This document shows, in pieces, positions 58,018 through 64,000 of a DNA stretch of 64,000 bases. The notes under the pieces were generated by a model. It saw only the letters and a program-made list of their open reading frames with translations, was not told the origin of the DNA and ran no database searches. The position numbers and the translations under genes were made by a program. The DNA lies in contig JADZAY010000019.1 in the NCBI GenBank assembly GCA_020852375.1, positions 15,319 to 79,318 on the forward strand. The letters run 5' to 3'. Every line of letters begins with the position of its first letter. Position 1 is the stretch's first letter. The DNA comes from Candidatus Yanofskybacteria bacterium (GTDB taxonomy: Bacteria > Patescibacteriota > Minisyncoccia > 2-02-FULL-40-12 > GWA2-44-9).

Positions 58018-59116
58018 GAAATTGCTTTTTGAAGCGAACATACGAGCCGTCCGCAAGGGCGGCTCGTATGCGTTCTAAGAGCAGGTTGAACCAGCGGACG
58101 TTGTGAAGCGTTGCCAGTCGGCCTGCGCGCTGATCATGTGCACGGAACAAGCGGTGGAGGCGGCCGATGCTCGCGCGAGAGACAAGGAGCGGTCGCACAT
58201 CGTCGGCATACTTCACCTTTCGCACATCAACGATGCCGTCGTCGGTATAGATGCGGGCGTGGCGTGCCTCACGAGTCGGAACGACGCAGTCCATGGTGTC
58301 GATGCCCGCTTCTACGGCGATGAAAATATCCTGAACGGATCCGATACCCAGGAGGTGTCGCGGTTTATCGTCGGGGAGGTGCGGCACGACCGTCGCTAAC
58401 GTTGCGGCCATTTCATCTTTTCCAAAACTTCCGCCGATGCCATAGCCGCCGAACGGCAGCGCTGCCAGGGTCTTGGCGCTCGCGACGCGCAGTCGCTTGA
58501 ATCGGCCGCCCTGGACGATGCCGTACAGGAGTTGATCGCGCCGCGCATGCGCGCGCAGGGAGCGGAGCGCCCAACGGTGGGTGCGCTCCATCGAGTTCTT
58601 GGTGTACGCGAGGGGATGGAGCGGGGACGTGCATTCATCGAATACGAAGATGATGTCCGCTCCGAGGCTTTCCTGCGTTGCGATCGACGATTCGGGTGTG
58701 ATCATGAGCCTGCTCCCCTCGACGCGGATCGCAGCTCCCTTCTCGGTGATCGAGACGGTGGAAAAGTCATTGCCGTCTGATGTGGTCCGGTGTCCGCGTT
58801 TCAGCACTTTGCCGACGCGATGGTCTTTTGCCGCGCCCAGCGAAAACACCTGAAATCCGCCGCTATCGGTCATCATTGGGATGCGGGCGCCGAGCATGCG
58901 GTGCGCATCGCGGCGCCCCCAGAGGTGGTAGGTGTTCGCAATGACGAGCTGCGTCTTCGTTTTCTTGATGTCCGCCGGAGTGAGCGTCCGCACCTGTGCG
59001 TGGGTTGCCACGATGACGTACGCGGGCGTTTGCACGGTGCCGTGCGGCGTGCGAAGGACGCCGAGGCGTGCTCGGCCGGCGCGTGAGCGTTTGTGGATAC
59101 GAAACGTCGGCTTCAT
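57908..59116 (-). CDS. tgt: tRNA-guanine transglycosylase
   Basis: ARLG…TPHG..QTP, ANTYHL, TDSGGFQVFSL, DEC, GIVQGG, KPRHLLGIG, G.D..DCV.PTR and HN motifs. Confidence 0.93.
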   Translation of the reverse strand: MKPTFRIHKRSRAGRARLGVLRTPHGTVQTPAYVIVATHAQVRTLTPADIKKTKTQLVIANTYHLWGRRDAHRMLGARIPMMTDSGGFQVFSLGAAKDHRVGKVLKRGHRTTSDGNDFSTVSITEKGAAIRVEGSRLMITPESSIATQESLGADIIFVFDECTSPLHPLAYTKNSMERTHRWALRSLRAHARRDQLLYGIVQGGRFKRLRVASAKTLAALPFGGYGIGGSFGKDEMAATLATVVPHLPDDKPRHLLGIGSVQDIFIAVEAGIDTMDCVVPTREARHARIYTDDGIVDVRKVKYADDVRPLLVSRASIGRLHRLFRAHDQRAGRLATLHNVRWFNLLLERIRAALADGSYVRFKKQFLTRFSPPRREPSVARPKTRIRRGSRGSRAYSPRAER

Positions 59117-59220
59117 GGTGCTTGTTGAGGTATAATAATACTGAATTTGTGTGATTTTGGCAAATTTTGCGTTGCGGTTTCGGTGCGGTATGATGGTCGC
59201 GTATCACTCAATTGTTCCCT

Positions 59221-59472
59221 ATGCCGAACATTACGATTTATTCGACTCCGACCTGCGGCTACTGCAAGATGGCCAAAGAATACCTCGCATCCAAAAACAT
59301 CCCGTTCACCGATATCGATGTGTCCCGCGACCATGCAAAGGCGCAGGAAATGTACACGAAGTCCGGTCAGCTCGGCGTACCGGTCATCGATGTGGATGGC
59401 AAGATCATTGTGGGCTTCGATAAGCGCAAGCTCGACGAGTACGCAGGTATCACCGGAAACGCCTCCCGTTAG
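59221..59472 (+). CDS. glutaredoxin-like protein (NrdH/YruB type)
   Basis: YSTPTCGYC…SGQLGVPVI…VGFD. Confidence 0.92.
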   Translation: MPNITIYSTPTCGYCKMAKEYLASKNIPFTDIDVSRDHAKAQEMYTKSGQLGVPVIDVDGKIIVGFDKRKLDEYAGITGNASR

Positions 59473-59565
59473 AAGTGAACGGACAATGAATATACTCATA
59501 ACAAATGAACAAGTGCATATCTCCACATATCGTGGTGGCGTGTTACTTGTTCACTTCTAACGGGA
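59464..59565. mobile_element. miniature inverted-repeat element (perfect 17-bp TIR)
   Basis: TCCCGTTAGAAGTGAAC (59464-59480) and GTTCACTTCTAACGGGA (59549-59565). Confidence 0.65.
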
Positions 59566-60173
59566 TGGATACCAAACCTTTACCCTTCGACGCCGACACG
59601 CTTGGCGATATCAGTGCGAAGACGCTGGCCATTCACCACGATAAACTCTACGCGGGCTATGTGGCGAAGGCGAACGACATCTCCCAGAAGCTCACAGAGC
59701 TCGCGGCATCCGGCTCGGTCGCCGGGAACGCGACCTACTCCGAGCTTCGGGCGCTGAAGGATGCAGAGACGTTCGCTGTGAACGGCGTCTACCTCCACGA
59801 GTGGTACTTTGAGGTGCTCGGGGGCGATGGGGCAACTGAAATGGCTCCTGAGCTCACGAAGGCGCTTGCGGATAAGTGGGGCTCGCTCGACAATGGTCTG
59901 AAGTACTTTTCGGAGTGCGCCATGGCGGCCCGCGGATGGAGCGTGCTTGCGTGGGACACAAAGGCCGGGAAGCTGAAGCACTACAACGCCGACGCGCACA
60001 ACCAGGGCGGCGTCTGGGGGTGCTTGCCCGTCATCGTGCTCGATGTCTACGAGCACGCCTACTTCATCGACTTTGGTTCTGACAAGAAGGCCTACATCGA
60101 GGCCTTCTGGAAGCACTTCAACTGGGCAAAGGCGGAGGAACTATACCTCAAAGTGCGACAGGTGATGCTGTAG
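59565..60173 (+). CDS. sod: Fe/Mn superoxide dismutase family protein
   Basis: KPLPF, IHHDKLY.GYV, LHEWYF and LDVYEHAYFID…YIEAFW..NW motifs. Confidence 0.9.
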   Translation: MDTKPLPFDADTLGDISAKTLAIHHDKLYAGYVAKANDISQKLTELAASGSVAGNATYSELRALKDAETFAVNGVYLHEWYFEVLGGDGATEMAPELTKALADKWGSLDNGLKYFSECAMAARGWSVLAWDTKAGKLKHYNADAHNQGGVWGCLPVIVLDVYEHAYFIDFGSDKKAYIEAFWKHFNWAKAEELYLKVRQVML

Positions 60174-60185
60174 CCGATCATACTC

Positions 60186-60213
60186 ACAACAACCCCCTCA
60201 GAGGGGGTTGTTT
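60186..60213. terminator. bidirectional terminator
   Basis: AACAACCCCCT-cag-AGGGGGTTGTT. Confidence 0.75.
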
Positions 60214-60215
60214 CG

Positions 60216-61580
60216 TTACCGCCACGAGTTAAACCAGGTCCGAGCGTTGTATGCCGCGTCGGAGAGGGGGAGCCCATACGAGAGCGGGGCGAAGTAGACG
60301 AATCCAATGAGCGCAACGAGTACCAATGCCCCTGCGATGTGGACGCGGTGGCGCGACCGGTCGACTAGATATCCGAGCATGAGGATCGCCCAGAGCAGTC
60401 CCGGGAAGTAGTGGTACAAAAACATGACACGATGGATGCCAATGAACGGCAGGAGGTTCATAAGCCAAGCGCCGAGAAGCACAAAGAGTACGCGCGGCGT
60501 CTTTCGCGGATGCGTGAACAGTACATTCGCGATGACTGCGAACACGGCGATCGTGGATGCCCACCAGATGAACGGATTGCCGAGCAGGTAGATGCGGCTC
60601 GTTCCGTCGACCCAGTAGTAGATGCTGCGATCCATGAACGGCCAGGTGTACCACATGCTCGCATACGGGTGCGATGCGGTGAGTCGCTGATTCGAGCGGT
60701 ACATTTCGATATTCAGTTCGATGGTCTTTTCGAGCGGAGACAGAGGGGCAAGCGATGTGTCAGCGGCGAAGGTGCTCCCGATCAGATCGTGCTGGAAGCG
60801 GGCACTCATGAACGCATCGCCGGTACCGGTGCGGGTGAGGAGGAGGAAGTGGGCGATGAAGATCGCGGTGTATACGATGACCGGAAGCATGAGAAGCGTG
60901 AGTGCGCTCGTGACAGGGATGCGGAATCCTGACCGCCGCATCTTCCACAGGCGAGGCAATTCCACGATAACGATCAGTGCGAGGAATGTTGCCCCGGTCC
61001 ACTTAATACTCATCGCCATACCTCCGAAGATGCCGGCCGCAGAGAGCCACGCTCCGATCCGAGCGGGTGGTGCGTCAATCGCTCGGAGGTAACACCAGAC
61101 TGCCGAGAATCCGAACAGGAGGAGGAAAGAGTCGAGCAGGATCAGTCGTGACTGAACGAGGAGCGCGTTATCGAGCGCGACAAGTACACCGACGAGGAGC
61201 GCCGCGGTCCGAGAAAAGCGGAGCTGGCGTGCGATGCCGTACAGAACGAGCGGTAGGAGCGTTCCCGCCAGGGTGGGCAGGAAGCGGAGCATGAGCGCGA
61301 AGTGGTCCGGGTAGGCATCGCCGATGTTGGTGAACGAAAATCCCGGCTGGAATCCCCAGAGCCAACCCCATCCGGCGAGAATGAGCTTGCCGAGCGGGGG
61401 ATGGATATCGAAGTAGTACTGGTGCGTGAAGTAGGCCGAAAGGAATTTCCCAAAATGGACTTCGTCGAACACGATCTCGTTCGGGTGTCCGAAAAAGAGG
61501 GCGTGTACCAGGATCGAGAGCGCGAGGACCGCCCACGGCGCATACTTGCCAAATCGTTTGATTTGTGCTATTATATGCAT
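60216..61580 (-). CDS. protein O-mannosyltransferase (PMT, GT39)
   Basis: VFDEVHFG, FDIHPPLGK, SRLILLD, KW.G, HPY.S.W..WP, GNP..WW and FLYHY.P motifs. Confidence 0.9.
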   Translation of the reverse strand: MHIIAQIKRFGKYAPWAVLALSILVHALFFGHPNEIVFDEVHFGKFLSAYFTHQYYFDIHPPLGKLILAGWGWLWGFQPGFSFTNIGDAYPDHFALMLRFLPTLAGTLLPLVLYGIARQLRFSRTAALLVGVLVALDNALLVQSRLILLDSFLLLFGFSAVWCYLRAIDAPPARIGAWLSAAGIFGGMAMSIKWTGATFLALIVIVELPRLWKMRRSGFRIPVTSALTLLMLPVIVYTAIFIAHFLLLTRTGTGDAFMSARFQHDLIGSTFAADTSLAPLSPLEKTIELNIEMYRSNQRLTASHPYASMWYTWPFMDRSIYYWVDGTSRIYLLGNPFIWWASTIAVFAVIANVLFTHPRKTPRVLFVLLGAWLMNLLPFIGIHRVMFLYHYFPGLLWAILMLGYLVDRSRHRVHIAGALVLVALIGFVYFAPLSYGLPLSDAAYNARTWFNSWR

Positions 61581-61628
61581 AGCTCACTTCAGTGTAGCAT
61601 ATGCCGCACATGCGGCGAAAGGAGCGTC

Positions 61629-62261
61629 ATGCGGTTTCGGCATCTGATCCTGCTCGCACTCGCCCTGTCCCTTCCGGTCGCGGCGCAGACGGAAGTCTCC
61701 GTCGGAACCGCGGTGCAGGGCACGGACAACATGGGCCAGAGCGGTACCCAGGCCGCGTTCGGCCTCGGTGCCCGTAAGGCCCTGGGTCTCTTCGACCTCT
61801 CGGCCGCCGTGAAGCGTGCCGAGCTCGAGAAGGTCGGCACGCCGGGCGGCCACCAGTGGACCATCAGCGGTGACATCCGCCACTGGGTCGGGCCTAACCT
61901 CTTCCTCGTCGTCGGCGGTCACCGCATCCTCTCGGATGCGACCGTCTGGACGAAGAAGACGTCGTGGGTCGATGGCGGTATCGGGCTCTGCGCCCGGTAC
62001 GGCACAACGGCCACACGCCGTCCGCACCGCGACGAGTTCTCGGTGCGCTACGGCGGCGAGGTGGGGACCGACGCCGAGGCCCCCAACCACACCCAGGGCT
62101 GGGCGTTCCTGTGGAGCCACGACCTCCCGCTCCGCGGCAGCGCCTTCCTGCGAGGCTCGGTCGGGACGTCGTCCCGGAAGTACCTCCAGGACGGCGCGTG
62201 GCGCCACGGGACGTCGTCCTCTCTGGGGATCGCGTTCGTCCTGCGCCCCCAGGATCTCTAG
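61629..62261 (+). CDS. secreted protein with outer-membrane beta-barrel-like pattern
   Basis: AAGGAG SD; signal peptide (…PVAA); alternating amphipathic strands; ends LGIAFVL; strongly C/G-ending codons. Confidence 0.65.
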   Translation: MRFRHLILLALALSLPVAAQTEVSVGTAVQGTDNMGQSGTQAAFGLGARKALGLFDLSAAVKRAELEKVGTPGGHQWTISGDIRHWVGPNLFLVVGGHRILSDATVWTKKTSWVDGGIGLCARYGTTATRRPHRDEFSVRYGGEVGTDAEAPNHTQGWAFLWSHDLPLRGSAFLRGSVGTSSRKYLQDGAWRHGTSSSLGIAFVLRPQDL

Positions 62262-62333
62262 GTCCCCCTGTCGTACACCCCCATCTTCGGATGGGGGTTC
62301 TTTTTTTCGTCGGTTTGTTATACTGGTCTTCGT

Positions 62334-63248
62334 ATGTACGACCTCATTATCATTGGCGGCTCCGCCGCGGGAGCATCTGCCGGAGTGTACGCTGCGCGTC
62401 GCGGACTGAAGTTTCTCATTATTGCAAAAGATCTCGGCGGCGAGGTCGCGCTCTCCGGTGAAGTGGAGAACTGGCTGGGCATCAAGCACACGACGGGCAT
62501 CGAATTGTCCCAGATGTTCCGTGAGCATATCGAGAGCTACAGACCGGAGATCAAAGAAGGGTATCTGGTGAGCTCGATTGTGAAGGGCTCTGACGGCATG
62601 TTCACGGTGACCGCAGATGATGGCGCATTGTATCAGGCGAAAGCCGTCATTGTTGCAACGGGGGCCCACTCGCGATTGCTGGGCGTGCCCGGTGAAGAGC
62701 AGTATCGGCTCAAAGGGGTGTCGTACTGCACGGTTTGTGACGGTCCGCTGTTCGGGGGAAGGCGCGTGGTGACCATCGGCGGCGGCAACTCCGCGCTTGA
62801 GAGCGCGCTCATGCTCGCCGATATTGCCGCGGAGGTGACCGTCATCAACAAAAACCCTGCGTTCAAAGGGGAGGCGTCGCTCATCGAGAAGGTCACGAAG
62901 CACCCGAAGATAGAAGTGATCTACCAAGCCCGCACGACCGAGATCACCGGGAACGGTTCGCTGGCAACGGGATTGAAATATACCGGTGCCGACGGCGCGG
63001 AGCATCAGATCGAGATGGATGGCGCGTTTGTGCACATCGGGCAGGTCCCGAACTCGCAGATGGTCCCTGCAGAATGCGCAAAGGATGCGTTCGGATATAT
63101 CACTATCGGACTCGATGGCGCCACGACTTTGCCGGGATTGTTCGCCGCAGGCGACGTGACCAATGGCGCCCACAAACAGATCATCATCGCGGCCGGCCAC
63201 GGTGCCGCCGCCGCTCTCTCCGCGGTGCAGTACATTAATCGACTCTAA
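62334..63248 (+). CDS. trxB: thioredoxin reductase (TrxB/AhpF C-terminal type)
   Basis: IIGGSAAG, ATGA, GVSYCTVCDG, IGGGNSA and FAAGDVT motifs. Confidence 0.9.
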   Translation: MYDLIIIGGSAAGASAGVYAARRGLKFLIIAKDLGGEVALSGEVENWLGIKHTTGIELSQMFREHIESYRPEIKEGYLVSSIVKGSDGMFTVTADDGALYQAKAVIVATGAHSRLLGVPGEEQYRLKGVSYCTVCDGPLFGGRRVVTIGGGNSALESALMLADIAAEVTVINKNPAFKGEASLIEKVTKHPKIEVIYQARTTEITGNGSLATGLKYTGADGAEHQIEMDGAFVHIGQVPNSQMVPAECAKDAFGYITIGLDGATTLPGLFAAGDVTNGAHKQIIIAAGHGAAAALSAVQYINRL

Positions 63249-63291
63249 GGCAACAAAAAGCCCCACACTCACGTGAGTGTGGGGCGGACTG

Positions 63292-63999
63292 CTACTTCTT
63301 GGCGGTGGCGCCTTCCCCGGCCATGTCCATGCTGAGCGCGAGGTCCTTAGCCGTCTTGGCGGTCAGGAGCTCCACGAGGCTTGCGGCATTCCCTCCGGCA
63401 TTCTGTCCACCACCGGACCCCATCACGATGCCAGGGACCAGATTACCCCTGAACTCCTTGATGGCGTTTGCCCAAAGCTCTTGACTCTTGAGCCATGCCT
63501 CGAGCTTCTTCTCGAGCGCTCCGTCCGCCGACATGACCAGTTTTCGGCGTTCGGCTTCGCCTTCGCCGAGGAGAATCTGCTGCCGTTTGGTCTGTTCGGC
63601 GGCCTTGGCCTCCAGCTGGGCGACCTCGAGCTTCTGCTGGGCCTCGGTGACCATCTTCGCCTTAATGACTTCCTGCTCCCACTTCGCCTTGGCCGCCTGG
63701 GCTTCACCGTTCTTGGCGGCGGTGATGGCCTCTTGCTCTGCTTCTCGGGCCTTGGCCTGTGCGGTTTGCACCTGCATCGTCGCCGCCTGCTGTTGCTTGA
63801 TCTGGGCTTCGACGGTGTCGTCGTACGCGATCTCGTTCAGTGAGGGGTTGAAGGTCCGGATACCGAACTCGACCAGCGGCGACTTGTCAGTGCGGACGAA
63901 GTTTCCATCCTTGTCCTTGGCGATCTCGGTGATCTTGACGGTCTTGTCCGCTCCCGTCATCACGTCTTTCGTGCTCGCCTCGCGGACGCTGGTCTGGTA
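63292..63999 (-). CDS. SPFH/band-7 family protein, 5' part beyond window
   Basis: Frame is open to the window edge; FGI…I.YD..VE.QI; AE-rich coiled coil; VP.IVMG tail. Confidence 0.7.
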   Translation of the reverse strand, partial: YQTSVREASTKDVMTGADKTVKITEIAKDKDGNFVRTDKSPLVEFGIRTFNPSLNEIAYDDTVEAQIKQQQAATMQVQTAQAKAREAEQEAITAAKNGEAQAAKAKWEQEVIKAKMVTEAQQKLEVAQLEAKAAEQTKRQQILLGEGEAERRKLVMSADGALEKKLEAWLKSQELWANAIKEFRGNLVPGIVMGSGGGQNAGGNAASLVELLTAKTAKDLALSMDMAGEGATAKK

Positions 64000-64000
64000 G

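Overview
This is a bacterial chromosomal window whose gene content points to a high-GC Patescibacteria/CPR (Parcubacteria-like) genome; that assignment is inferred, not from a marker gene. The evidence is trimmed housekeeping genes (typA, obgE, eno, a minimal pyk, uppP, murJ, tgt, sod, trxB, a cobO-like gene), many large secreted Ser/Thr/Pro-rich surface proteins, and short palindromes recalled from CPR genomes. The first ~1.1 kb is the AT-rich end of an island bounded by tRNA-3'-end-like attachment remnants. The main discovery is a ~16.6 kb integrase-free block (9954-26551) bracketed by a 50-bp direct repeat of the 3' end of a small membrane-protein gene. It encodes an apparent cell-surface assembly and glycosylation system: two paralogous WxL/pilin-like subunits flanking an O-antigen-ligase/O-OTase-like gene, a DUF916-like chaperone, a dockerin protein, a cohesin protein, a Cache-TM-cohesin fusion, a tail-fibre-like adhesin with GT2 and methyltransferase genes, and a yhhQ gene interrupted by an in-frame TAG. 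Other notable items are a 2000-aa repeat adhesin sharing a domain with a distant secreted protein, three small ORFs not called correctly by the ORF track, a TGT lacking its zinc-binding cysteines, an outer-membrane-barrel-like gene, a 17-bp-TIR miniature element fused to the grx stop and sod start, and a split between leaderless and Shine-Dalgarno promoter styles. No rRNA, intact tRNA, CRISPR array or transposase/integrase was seen. All family calls come from motif recognition by eye, not database searches.
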